Shown one piece after another: positions 48,801 to 61,522 of a stretch of DNA of 61,795 bases. The stretch's first letter is position 1. Each line of letters opens with the position of its first letter. Source of the stretch: Pelomyxa schiedti (taxonomy: Eukaryota; Protista; Evosea); the NCBI GenBank assembly GCA_020536535.1, contig JAHLWZ010000881.1:1-61795 (forward strand), read 5' to 3'. The notes beneath the pieces are model-generated. The model searched no databases. It was not told where the DNA came from and was given only the letters and a program-made list of their open reading frames with translations. The position numbers and the translations under genes were made by a program.

Positions 48801-50083
48801 CCCTGTTGACGCGTACGTATTTTTGGTTCTAATTGCATTAAGAACCAAACTAACCCACCCAAAAATACAGAGTGGATGAAAATAACAGTACCGCCTTGCA
48901 TTATGCTGTTTTGCATGATCGGAAAGCAGAAACTATCGCACTTCTGAGGTCTGTGGTGGGCAAGACCTCACACCTCTTAGTCACCCTACTACAGAGCAGG
49001 AGCCTCACTAAGAATTACCGATTCCTCTGGAAATAACGCACTAAGTCTGGCAGTGGAACATATGTGCTCATGCAGAACACTTTTAGAGTATTCGAGTCAA
49101 ATTCTCACTGTCTTTCTGATTTCTTTTTAAGAGCTTGCCAGCGTTACAATCAAGAACAAAAAACTGGGGAGTGTGAAGAACTAAAGAATGCCACAGCATT
49201 TTCTCCAGAATCCTTGACTGCTGCCATGAAGGCAGTTTCTAGAACCCGGCACCATAAGAAATCTGGTATTCAACATCATTTGACATTTCTTGGGACTCAT
49301 TCGAGCTCAATTTTAGGTACCTTCAAGCCTGGACACCATAGACGAGCTTCCACAGAGGAAGTACCAGTACACATACGATCACCTCGATCGGTCAGTCCCA
49401 CACACCTATTCAACCACGCACACTCTACAACGGAACCACCAAAGCTGGTACCGCCTAACTCTAACATTCAAGCCACTGCACCAGTGGCACCCCAAGAACA
49501 TTCCCTCAAACCCCCAACCATCCTGCAAACATCCTCTGAGAAAGACTCAGATGTCAAATTTCTCACACCACATGCACACAATCGCACCCGCTCGCGCTCC
49601 CAACCACAGGCTCCTCTTCCTTCCATTTCCGCACTGGCCCAGCAATCACAGCCCATTCTACCTTGTCCAACACCTATAATCACTCAATTATCACCGCCTA
49701 CAATTTTAGTAACACCACAACCTCCTGTACATATACCATCAAACCAGCACACCGCTCAGCCAAATAGCCATAATGAGTCCTCAGCTACTCCCCAAGTGAG
49801 GCATCACTCAGCTCATTCCAATCCCGATACGAGTGGACTGTTACCACCCACACCTGCCAGGAACAGCATCTCCGTGTTCTGTTCCGATGAAGACAGTGCC
49901 AGCAGTGACAGTTCACCAGAAGACCAGTCTCCCAAACTAAGCTCCAGTAATGACTGCATCACCCCACACAATCACACTAGCAGTGGAAGTCACACCCACA
50001 AACACCATTCCCACGCACACAAGATGTACACTGCCCACCAGGAAACAAAATCCAAGCACACCACTAGTAAAACGAAGGAATAA
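45829..50083 (+). CDS. ACAP/centaurin-beta-like Arf GAP (BAR-PH-ArfGAP-ankyrin) with low-complexity termini
   Basis: BAR start ISLENVVDDSPLSR; PH YLFKKT...TWQRRYFKI...WVNAI; ArfGAP CADC...[31 protein letters not shown]; ankyrin-like ALHYAV. Confidence 0.85.
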
Positions 50084-50175
50084 TGCTGCCACCAAAGCCA
50101 TTTAATTAAACAAAATCTAAAAAGAGTGTATGTCTTCAATTTTCGTTTTTCTTTTTTGAACAAAGATAAAATACA

Positions 50176-51855
50176 TCAGGAGTACCACCACAATGGCAAG
50201 CCAATGTACAAAGGGGATAGTACTTCTGCAATTGAGATAAGCAGGCCTACAACACTGAGTAAAGTGCAGTATTCCCTCCTTACACAGTCAGCCATCAGGC
50301 CCAGTGAGGTTATTGACAGGGGCGAAATAATGGCCCACACGAGTATGGCTGCAAGCCACCGTGTATCGGCATTAGCTCCACCCCACGTTGCGAAGGAAAA
50401 GAGAAGGATGCCCGTAACTGAAAGTAGAATCATCCCTGACCTGAATACTTTCTTGTTGTGCTTCGTTCCGGGCTGTGGCACCACAATCTAGAAGAAATTA
50501 GGCTCTGGCTGTGAGTGATGTTTTCTAGGAGTTGTACCTCTGGGACAGCTACAATTTCGGAGCCAGAGAGTTCGCTCATAGACTTTAGAACAAGGCATAA
50601 AAATACAGTGCTCAGACACATATAAACAATTTGAAATGAAGCCCAGGCAAGGTAGGTAAACCCCCAAACAATTGCATTATCATCCACAAATGAATTGTTG
50701 ACATTCCGGTCACCAACGATAGTCATTGTGGTGAAACCTCCCATTAAAAAGATTGGTCCTAGAATTCCAAATGCCAATAAACTTCCTTTGTTTTTGGTGT
50801 AAATCGTCAACAAGGACTAATTTGAATCAGATCACTTACGGACTAAAGGTGTGTTCCTGTACAAAAAAGAAAAGTGGTTGTAGAAATAATACAAGTACGC
50901 TGCTATACAACAAGTAATGGCAGAGGCAGGAGCTAGAACCCAATATAAAAGGGAAACTAACTTAATGGTGATAAATCAAATGTAGTAAGCAAAGAGAATG
51001 ACATACACCAAAAAAGGTATTGAGGGACAGAATAAGTGAAAGGAAGGTATAAAAGGCTTTATGCTGTACAGAACACAAAAGCTGAAGTTTTTTTGAAGAA
51101 GAAAACCCACTGTAGAGGGAGGGGAAGGAAAAATGTGACTAACCCTACAAATAAACAACAACAAAAGGAATTTGCCAAAGAAACAAAAAAAAAAAAAAAA
51201 AACTATTCACACACAAACAAAACAAAGTGACATGGCACAACCTGTCAATGAACTGATTAACAGAGCAAAACCTAGGGGCGCCCATGGCCACCCCGGGCTT
51301 CCGCGAAGCCAGCAGATAGCAGCCCAGCGCGAACCCCGCCTGCGACACGCCGCGCTGCCCGGGGCCCCCGCGCTCCACCATGGACAGCAGCCGCCGCGCG
51401 ACGTCCGCGCCCTCGCCGTAGCGCATCCACGCGCCCTCGGCGGCGTCGGCCGTGGCCAGGTGCTCGGGCCCCGCGCCGCCGCCCAGCTTGGCCAGCGTCG
51501 CGAACACCGCGTCGCAGTCGCGGCGGAACTCGGGCGGGACCAGCGACGACGACGAGGACGCGATCTGCTGGCGCCGCGGCGGGGAAGAAGAGGTCGCCGA
51601 GGGCGAGGGCGAGGGCGGGGACGGGGACGGAGCGGGAGCAGAAGCAGGAGGAGACTGCGAGTGAGGAGGGAGCGTGGGCGAGGGCGGAGGCGAGGCTGGG
51701 GTGGGTCGGAGAGTTGGGCTGTAGTCGCCGCTGGGGGGCCCGTGGTCGTGGGTGCTGCACACGGACGTGGCCTGGGGCTGTTGGTCCCGGTCGTCGGTGT
51801 CCGAGGCGCTCCTTCCCGTGGGTTCCTCGTCGTACGGCGCTGTGGGCGTGCTCAT
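50176..51855 (-). CDS. Multipass membrane protein with N-terminal Pro-rich region and degenerate EH-like domain
   Basis: GC-rich exon 1 encodes RRDCDAVFATL...GAWMRYG...VARRLLSMV...VSQAGFALGCYLL (EH/EF-hand-like spacing). Downstream exons at 50176-51100 encode several hydrophobic helices, ending LYIGLPLWWYS*. Confidence 0.55.
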
Positions 51856-52061
51856 CGATCGAGAAAAATTTTGGAAAGAATTCGGTGATCAGATAGAACT
51901 GTTCCTTGCCCTGGAACTGAGCTTGCAGACGTCTGATGTCATGAATCACACCCAGGGTTGGTCCTGTGGAGTTGCTGGCTTCTTCCGCCGCCCCACAAAT
52001 TTGTCTGGTCAGCCCAGAACCCCCTCTAGTCTTCTTCACTCATTTTTCTTCAACAAGAAGG

Positions 52062-53897
52062 ATGATCACTGCGTTCTTTCATAAGGAGGACGCCCGGCAC
52101 GGCAGGTCTACAGCTGCGCTTCGAGGCCAAACCAACTTGGTTCCGGATCCCACTGTCGGACCACCAGTTACAAGCTCGTCGGTTTCGCTTTCTCGTTTGC
52201 TGGAGTGCAGCCCCCCGTCCCACAATGGCTCCTCGCCCTCTTCTCGGACGACTACAGTGGCTTCTACCACTGCTACGAGGACAATCGCCCAAATGTGCGG
52301 CGCCGACGGCACGCTGGGGCCGCGGAGGGCCGCCGCTGTGCACCCCAACATTATGGGACGGCTCGCCGACGCACAGATTGGAGCCCGGCGGGGCCTCGTC
52401 GCTGCCTGCGTGTGCTCTCGCGTCGGGCCAATTTCCTCGCGGGACCCTCACGAGTGCCCAGCTTGCTCCTGGTGGGACCCTTTGGGCCATCTTCTATCTA
52501 ATGGCGAATCAGCAACTGCAATGACGGGGATTGGCCCCAGTGGGTCCATCACAGACTTGAAATTTGATTCCTTGGGGACACTTTTGGCTGGGGGCACTTC
52601 AAAAGGTATTGATATTCTTGTGGTGTTGTTGTTATTTAGGAGGTTGATTGATGTAAAATAGGCTACTTGATAATATTTGACTTGGACGGAATTGCCTCAG
52701 GGCAGCCTGCCCTGCAAGTAACACCGTCTTTAATGTTGTCAACAGGTTGGATGTTCTGCCATTGTTGTGTTTACTGTGATTTGGGGTGGTCCTTCCTTTT
52801 ATGTTCCATTTGTGTTGGCCAACATGTGGAAGTAGTGCATTAAGGTGCTGGAATCAGTGGCGTGCAGTGGAATCCTAGAAATGAGAACGAAGTTGTATGC
52901 TGCTTTGGCACATGTCCCTTCTTACACTTGTACAACTTGGAAACCTGTCAAAATGAGCCAACCAATGTACACATGCATCTCAAGTTTGATGTTTAATCCA
53001 TGCAGGTACTCAGTGGCAGTCGCAGTGGGATAAATGATATTGCATTTTTCAACAACATGGTTCTTGGTGTTGGTCAGGATGGCACCCTCTCTGGTTGGGA
53101 TTGCCGCACTGGGAGTTTAAGACAGACCGGACACCCTGTTTGCAAGGTAGCCATGGGAATGAGCGGAGTCAGGGTTATGAAAGTGAGTGCAGATGAGGAA
53201 TTAATTTACACTGCAAGTGCCAATGGCCTTACAGCAGTCTATGATATTAAGAAGATGAACCGGCCGTTGTACAAGTATTTTCCAATGCGAAGCACTATTA
53301 TTCTGACGCTTTATAAACCTATTTAGGTTCAACCCACTACCACCACAAGCTTTGATGCTAGATATGCTACCACATCCACACCACCCAACAACCATATTTT
53401 ATCATTTCACTTCTGGACCCTCGGAAGGAATTATGCTTCATCACGTGAACAAGAAACCTCGTCCCACCCAGAACATGTTCCCCCCAAACATCGTGATGCT
53501 CGGAACAGATCACACACTTTCCGAAGACTCGGGAATTGCTTCCCGCACAAGATGCGACTTCCTGGACAACAGTGACCTCGTGTGCGGCACTCGTCATGGA
53601 ATTGCAACCTTGCTATGCGTTGAAGAATGTTATAACATCACCACCGAAATCCCCAGAATCGGCAACATGATACCAGAAATCTTCCTCGTTAGTACCACCC
53701 GCCTTGAACAGCCAACAAGAGCAACACAGCCTCCTCGCTGTTGCATAGTTTCCACAACACCAAACAAATTCACACCCAGTACAACTCCATCACATCACTT
53801 GGCAGCAGGATTCACAGACGGCAGTGTGGCCATCATGAGGCCTCTTATATCCCAAGTACAGCACCAACACAATGACAGATCAGTGCAACATTTTTGA
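52062..53897 (+). CDS. WD40-repeat protein, spliced
   Basis: ITDLKFDSLGTLLAGGTSKG, INDIAF...GQDGTLSGWD, TASANGLTAVYD, LAAGFTDGSVAI. Start codon uncertain. Confidence 0.7.
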
Positions 53898-54047
53898 AAG
53901 GAAGTTGTATTGACACAAAGAAAGAGTTTGACTTGAACAAAAAAAAAAAACAGTTCCGATTGTAGCTTATGAAAACAACAACACGCTCCTCGATTGTTTA
54001 CAGCTTTCCCGTGCTTATTCTTGTATCACATGCCCTAATGGAATGCA

Positions 54048-57000
54048 TCAGAAATGTAAATAGTGTGATTCTAAGGGAGAACACACCTGTTTTAGAATGT
54101 CCCTGTTGCCCTCCCTCACAAAACGTATGGGTGTGCCGACGGGATATGGCTGCTGCACCCCGTTGATTTCAACAATTGGAAGGGTGCTGCCATTTGCGGT
54201 GCCATCAGGTGCAAGGAACAAGTTACGCAAGTTCTCAATAAGGCGTGACAGACCCTGGAGCTTCGAATATGATATCTCACAGGGTTTGTTGGTGGTGCTT
54301 GATTGTTCCCATTGTCTAAGGTGGAATTCCTTGACAAATTGGGGAATATGAGATGTACTAATGAGGTTTATAAACGCATATCCTATATTACACTTGTTCT
54401 GAGTGGTGTTAGAAGATGAATTTTTACTAGTTTATGTATTGTTAGTACTTTAGTGCCGACTGGCAAATAGAGAAAATCGTATGTCCCCCGATTATTGGAA
54501 TCAATCATGTCCTGCAGAATCTTCTGATTCATTGTGACAGGTATGTTTTTGATAAGTAGTGTTGTTCGGTTCTCAGTAATGGTATGTTCAGGCGCCAGAG
54601 CACTTGAATATTCGTTGGTTTCTGGTTCCCGACCAGGGATTCTCTTTTTGTTTTAGTCAGGTTGGTTTTTGTAATTGTTTGAACGAACCAAAGTTGGCTC
54701 AGAGACTTGTCGTTTCATTTGGCGTCCCACACGAGCTTGAGGCCAAGATGGAGGCCCTCCCTGTTTTAAGATCAGAAAAGGGGAAAAACAATCATCTCAT
54801 ACCTTGGAAGGACTTGGGTTAACTTGTAAAGAAAGCCCAGAAAATATTTGCGACAGTGGAGTACTGAAGGATGTTATGATTTATAACAGTTCAACTCAAT
54901 CACTTTACCTTGGTAACGTCTCATCTGAGTCATCTTTCTTCCATTTTGTATCAGCGGTGGGGAACAGGGGTAGACCTTTATGAAGTAATTGGGGACTAGA
55001 AGGACGTTGGAATGGTGGTGATTGGGTGATTTGTGGATTGTGAAGAGGGGATGGGGGCGCTGTCTCAACTGGAATTTGAGTGTGTAACTGCGATAGTGGA
55101 GCTGACGGTGTAGGGAGTTGAGGGCGCACTAGCTGTACCTCTTGTTGCATCGGAAGTGGTGAAGGTGTATGTGGATGTACATTGTGTGGATAGGCGATTG
55201 GCTTGTCCTGCACCACAACTGAATCTCCTGGTACATTCGGGAACCCATTCCTTGATCCCGTTCCATCGGTTGCTTGTGAACTCCCGTTGTCACTTCCGAA
55301 CATGCTAAACTGTGGCTTAGTTGGTGGTGTAGCTCCTTTATTCATGGGACCGCCCTGTGTGAGGGTCCCTGGTGGAGAACTGAACAGTGAAGAAAGCTCT
55401 TCTCCCAAGCAGGGGGCAGAATAACGCTTAGCCAGCACACGTGGGTGTGATGGATTACCGGGGGGGAATGGGCCAAGTGGTTTCTAAAATGGCAGAGGTT
55501 AGTGTAAAGAGTAGGTATCTTGAGGAGAAAAACCGGTCGTGAATCTGGACTAAGCTGAGGAAAGGTGGGAGGTTGAACTTGTGGGGGAGCAAGCTTAGTT
55601 TGCGTGGGTGGTTGTAGAATTTTCGTTTGTTGGGGTGGTGGCATAGCTTTCGGCTGAATAGGGAAGTGCACCAGCGGAGGAGGAACTTCCTGCCTGACTT
55701 GAGATGAGGTAATGGTTTCCTCAGCTTCGTGTGGTGTTTGCATATGCAACGGAGATATAGGCAGGTCAAAGTGAAAAAGGGAAGACTCTGACAATGCTTT
55801 TTGAAGAGGATGGGGAATACTACGACGCATAGGAGGCTGGCTTGGTCTGGAAGGGAACCCGGGAACACTGAGGGCCGGAGGGTGCTGCTCAGGTGTTACA
55901 ATGCCACCAATTTCCACAGATGACATCCCATTGGGAAAACCACCCGAGTAGAACGAGGGATGCATATGTGTAACGGGAGGTGCAGTAGAGCCAGATTGTG
56001 AGGCTGGTATAAAAGGTTGTGCCGAAGGCTTCATGATAGTAGGGGCATTGAAATTCGGTTCGCAGGAGATTCCTTCCAGACTTTCCAAATGTGATGTGAA
56101 CTGAGGGCCTTGTTTTTGGGGAAAAAAAGTATTAGTTATTGGTGGGCAATGTGCAAGCAAACTTTTTGAATAAAACTTCATCATTGGAGGAGAGAGCCCG
56201 CTTTCTACCGGGGAGGTTGAACCACTGGTTTGTTCAAAATCACTACTGCCTGTCTGCGAATTCAACAGAAGCTTTTGACGCACTCCCCCAGGTCTTGAAG
56301 GTTCAATTTTGATTTTTTTGCCCTGTAAATTTGAAAGAGACCAGAAGTTAGTTGGGAAAGGGTTTGATATATGGAACCTTTAAGTCTGTTTTATTTAGAG
56401 ATTTCATGGCTCTCTCAGCATCTCTGATGTCGTAAAACTCAATGAATTTGTGATGCCTTTTGTGTGGTGTCTCTCTGATTTCCTTTATTTCACCAAATCT
56501 CCCAAAGCAGACACGTAAGTCTTCATTTGTGACATTTGGGTCCAAGTTAAAAACGACAAGAGTCCCTTGATTCTGTTCTTTTTCAGATGGATTGTCCTAG
56601 GGTATATTAGCTTCCCTCTAAAAAGTGAGGAGCAGCTTATACTTTGGGAATTGAGTAATGTATGTCAATTTTTCTCTTTCTAACAAGGCGCCCCTGGAGG
56701 TGCTTCATTGCATTCTTGGCACAACGAATATCATAGTAAGAAACCATAACAAAACCACGGTGTTTTGCATGGGTATAAATATTTCTTATTTCTCCATAGG
56801 GCTAAAGAGACGGTTAGAATTTTTTTCCCTGTTTCCTTGTCCTTACCAGAAAAAGTTCTTGAAGTTCCTCGTCATCTACATTCGAATTTATATTTCTGAC
56901 AAAAAGTGTATGTGAAGGGTGCTCTCCGAAGGGATGCTCTCCAAATGCTGTATATTCGGTACTAGAAGGTGCAGAAGTACTGCAGATCATAAGTCGTGAA

Positions 57001-57866
57001 TGAAGTAAAAATAGTAATTAAGAACCTGTAATGGGGTTCCATGGTGTTGAAGACAGGGCTGTTGATTGGGGAGTTGCGCATAGGATCGTACGGAATATTG
57101 TCATCCCCCTGATCAGAGGTCAACCCTGATATATCCTCCTCCCCGTAATACTCCGAAGCTTTACATAAATTAATTAGCACATGGAAAATTGGCTTGGTTC
57201 GCTACCATAATCATCAGAGAAATTTGCTGTTGGGTCCATGTCGAAGGAAATAGCCTCGGCACCGTCTATATAGTGCTGCATGTCTACGTATTGCTGAGCA
57301 GGATTGTCACCAGTCAAGTGAACGGGTGGAGGAACGTGTACTCCAACAGGCATTGGCATTGTTACCGGTCCAGGTCCTGGAATCTGTTGCGACGAGAATT
57401 GCTGCAACGCTAGGTGCATTGGGGAGAATTGCGTCGGTCCTGGGGGAGGTGGAGATCGAGGGGGCGATACAAGAGGGTGCGGGTGAGGTCCATTCATGAG
57501 CCCGGTTGGTAGCACCATTCTCACCATTCCAGGGCCAGGAACTTCGTAGTTTGAACCGTAACCAGATCCAGAGCCACAACTAGGAATGGGACCAGGAGGA
57601 GCGTTGCCGTGAGTAGTAGGGGAAATAGGCGGAGCAGCAAAGATCCCGCCGCTCATGTCAGGATAAGCGCCCCGGTTGGGAAATGTCGGTGGAGAGCCAG
57701 GCCCCTGGTACAAGGTCGTTATTTTTTAGCAAGTAATAAAAAATAACTCAAAAAAAAGAGAAAACACCAGGGGTTTGCGTTCAAGCCAAACCGAAAACGA
57801 AAGAAAGAATAAAAACAAAGATGACAGGGAACTGACCGGTTGTCGCGAGGGAAAGGTCGAGATCAT
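54048..57866 (-). CDS. MEI2: Mei2-like (AML/OML-type) three-RRM RNA-binding protein
   Basis: GEHPSRTLFVRNINSNV, KHRGFVMVSYYDIR, IDIHYSIPKDNPSEKEQNQGTLVVFNLD, RETPHKRHHKFIEFYDIRDAERA; RRM3 RTTLLIKNIP...GTYDFLYLP...NKCNIGYAFIN. The ends are approximate. Confidence 0.92.
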
Positions 57867-58308
57867 TGGGCTGGGTTCGTTTGTTTAGTTTCTTGATATT
57901 TTTTTAATCCCCTTTTCGTGTTCTTTCTCGCATAATTTCTCTTTCGTTTTGTCAAATTGACGTTACGTTCAGATTCATTTCAGGAAACGAAGTTTGGGTG
58001 CTGCTTTGTGGGCCCTCTTCTGCTCTCCCCCAACTAGATTCTCAGCTTGTTGTCACTGCTGCTGTGAGATCTCCATCTGATATCTACAGTTTATTAAGGC
58101 AATATGCCTTTTTGTGTTGACTGAGTGTTCTTTTCACTTAGCTAGTTCGGGAACCCAATCCACTCAGGCCATCCAAGCGCATTGATGTAGCGTAGCTGGC
58201 GGAATACAAACCCAGACCGCCGATCTGAGCTACGACAACGGTCTGTTGATTACTTTATTCAAGTGTCTTCGAAAGAAACCGGGAAAAAAAAAAACTCATC
58301 AACGGACG

Positions 58309-59353
58309 ATGAAGAAACCGGCAACGACGAGCAAGATCGGATCCACGAGGCCAACGCCACCCAGCAAAGCCCCTCCCACAAGTCTTTCCCCTTCGTCCTC
58401 CGGCGCCTCGTCCTCCTCGTCCGCGTCGTCGCCGTCATCGCCGCTGTCCACGCCCCCTCCTCCCCCGCTGTCTCCCTCCCCCTCTTCGCTGGTCTCCACG
58501 CCCCTCAGCTCCTCCTTCACGTCCCAAACATCGTCGTCTTCGCCGGCAACTGCCGCCAGCCCGCCGACATCAACATCAACGACTGCGAACGCTTCTGGTT
58601 CCGCTGCCAACCCACTGCAGCGATGGACGCCAGACGAGGAGCTCAGAATAGCTTTTGGCTTTTTTGACAAGGTACATTTGGCTCTCAGTGTCAAATGCCA
58701 ATGCGACCATTTACATATCTCCCACAATGCAGGAACATCGGTGTGCCATTCCGGTTTCTGATGCAATGGTTTTGTTTCGGTCTTTGGGACAATCACCCAC
58801 CAAAGTACAACCAACACCTACCTTAAATTTTTAACGTTTCCAATCAACTGCAACAGAAAGAAATTGAAGACTTGTGCACAAAAACCTCTGACCAGCTAGG
58901 ACTGGCAACTTTCCTTGAGTAAATGTGACACATTTAAAAACAAACCAAACAAAAACCCACGCGCCAATATGTGCCTTTCCAAACGCTCACCTTTGTCAGG
59001 TACATGGCGGTCCAGCGGCTTCACCCCAAGTCAGTTTCCAAATCGGACTTGACTACAGCATTCAGGTTTGAGTTCTAAACGGTTTTTTTTTCCCTTTTGG
59101 AAACCGTTGGCATAGGTGTTTCGATTCTAGCGGTACTGGGAAGCTCCGAGCTGATGACTTGCAGTCTTATCTCACAGAGTTGGGTGACGATCCGTTTAAC
59201 AACAAACAGGTAACCTCCCATTAAATTCTTCGTTTTCCAACTTTGTGGCTTTCTTCCCCTCTTATACAAAAGGCAATGCAATTCATAAAGGAATTTGCTG
59301 ACACAAAGGGATTAATAGAAATCTCCACTGTTGTTGATAAGATGTTTGTGTGA
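58309..59353 (+). CDS. Calmodulin/myosin light chain-like EF-hand protein with Ser/Pro-rich N-terminal extension
   Basis: EELRIAFGFFDK; SDLTTAFR|CFDSSGTGKLRADDLQSYLTELGDDPF; ends TVVDKMFV*. Confidence 0.75.
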
Positions 59354-59573
59354 TTTTGTCTTGGGTTTTTTTTTTGTTCTTTTAGAAGTACTTCCAACCA
59401 AAATCACACTATGCATTGGCCCTCATTCAAGTCCCACCCACAAACACAGAACTATCAACAAAACAAAGCTAAAACAAACAACAAATTATGCTGTGGCGCG
59501 CTAATTTTTAGTTTTTTTCCCCTTCATAAGTTTTCGGGAACCCGGTTCATCACAGAGGAAAAGAAACCAAAAC

Positions 59574-60291
59574 ATGGCAGCAACAGAAGCAACGGCCGCA
59601 GCACCAACCGCCACAGCAGCAGCTCCAGTTGTTGCAGTTGCAACCACGGGAACCGCACAACGAACACTGATTGTATACTTCTCAGCCTCTGGCAACACAA
59701 AAAAAGTAGTCACCGAACTGGCCAACCAAATCGGGGCCACTCCAGGTCACGAAGTCACAACCGTAGAGCTCAAAGACACAAAGGTGTGAGTGTGTCAAAA
59801 AAAAAAAAAAAACTACCCATGCATTTCAATGTTAGTAAAAAAACAAATCCCAATTTGTTACTCTACGCTTAATGATGGTATCACAGGAGCGGACTGGAGC
59901 AATGGGATTCTTCAGATCTACGTTTGACACATGGAGTGGGAGCGTAACCACACTGGCACCAGATGACCCGTCTCTCGCCGATTTGGGCAGATACAGCACT
60001 CTAGTGTTGGCTGGGCCTATCTGGTGGTACACCCTCTGCACGCCGGTTTTGACGTGGGTCAGGAACAGGAGGGCAGATCTCGTGGCGGCCAATAAAGCCG
60101 GCACCCTCAAGATCGCGCTTCTGTCAACACAAGGGAGCAATGGTCACCTCAAGGCACTGGCGGCACTCAAGACTGAGCTAGCTGGCGCCGATGTACATGC
60201 TGACACTGTGTATAATGAGAAGGACATAAAGAACGATGCATACAAGACTCACCTGACACAGTGGACCTCGGCTCAGTTGTTCAAGGCTTGA
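59574..60291 (+). CDS. Bacterial-type flavodoxin (Flavodoxin_4-like), 1 intron
   Basis: FMN phosphate loop LIVYFSASGNTKKV; YSTLVLAGPIWWYTL; KIALLSTQGSNG. The intron gtgtga...atcacag joins DTK|ERT. Confidence 0.88.
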
Positions 60292-60426
60292 TTGAGTGGG
60301 TGTTTTATTAAAACAAAGTGTTTTTATTTATTGTCACCTCAAGTGGTTCTTGACTACAAAGGAATTGGATTCCCCATCAAACTGATGAACAAAATTTGAA
60401 CTCGGAAATTAAAAAAAGAAATTAAG

Positions 60427-61148
60427 ATGTCAGCATCAAACAGCAATGCCCGGTCACCAAGATGTAAGCAACTCGACAACATAAATGCACAATAATCCCA
60501 CGGATGTGGTCGAAGAGTTTGAACATTTAGTGTTTTTTTCCTCCTGCGTACTAATGTAATGACACTGTAGTTATTGTGGGACCTGGATCTAAGGCAATCG
60601 AAATCCCCGCAAATATAAATATCGACAACATCACTCTTTCGACGTCACTAGGTGGTACTATATACGGGACCACCCCTGGAGGTACTTCTTCAACTGTCTC
60701 TATTAACACCAATTCTTTTCATACCGAATAACTCTTAACAAAAAAAAACTTTTTTTTTTTCCTTTCAGGCACACGTTTGGTATATGACCGCAACATGATG
60801 ATGATGCTTCGCGGGTCTCCACATGCAAAGACCCCTCCAGAAATGGCGTTTGTTTCCGGTATCACAAAGCCCACTGCTCTTTCTTCTACTACGCACAGCC
60901 CGACTCCAAGTGGCCCCACAATAACCATTGTTGTATGTCACCCTAGTATTCGTATGTTAGTTAATTATATTTCCGCTATTATTAGGTCCACAAAAAGGCT
61001 TGCACAACAACTCCCACTGCCTCTCCGACTGTGACGTCACAACGCTCCCCAGGTTTTTGCAACCCGTTGGAACATAACCCATTCTCACGAATCCGTAGAA
61101 CTGAAGCCCGTTGATATTGGTGCTGGAATGGTGTTCCCCATGGAATAA
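60427..61148 (+). CDS. EIF4EBP: eIF4E-binding protein (4E-BP), 4 introns
   Basis: Splices to ...KAIEIP...STSLGGTIYGTTPGGTRLVYDRNMMMMLRGSPHAKTPPEMAFVSGIT...GMVFPME*, matching the 4E-BP core and a C-terminal TOS-like motif. Confidence 0.88.
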
Positions 61149-61522
61149 AGTGACTAAATACTCCTGCAAGCTTTTATTTCTGAAGCTATCCCCCAACCTC
61201 GGCACCGTGAGTGGGGTTCTTTGCTCAACATGGTTTGCTCCCTAACTAAAAATTTCCACCATGCAAAAAAAAAAAAAAAGCTCTGGTTCCAAGTAAAAAA
61301 CATCTTTTTTTTTTAATCCTTGGTTATTATGTGGAGAAGTTGGTAGTACTATGAAAGTCACCACTTGGCGGAATAAAAAAAACACCAGACCGCTGATCCT
61401 GAGCGACGATAACGAAAATGACAGCGTTCCGGTCTGTTGATTATTTTATTCAGCCACTTGCATCTGAGTTTTTGTTGAACCATCAGTTTCACCAAACAAA
61501 CGATCAAGCGGTACGAAAACAC

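Noticed and set aside
51172-52084. Long overlapping antisense or alternate-frame ORFs (also at 8725-9444, 30364-31003 and 45816-46508)
   Set aside because: These are shadows of GC-rich, low-complexity exons where stop codons are rare; they have no domain signatures.
11149-60291. PlsA-like, CEPT, BFD and flavodoxin genes forming a physical lipid/redox gene cluster
   Set aside because: They are separated by about 7-26 kb of unrelated housekeeping genes; co-location is not evidence of a cluster.
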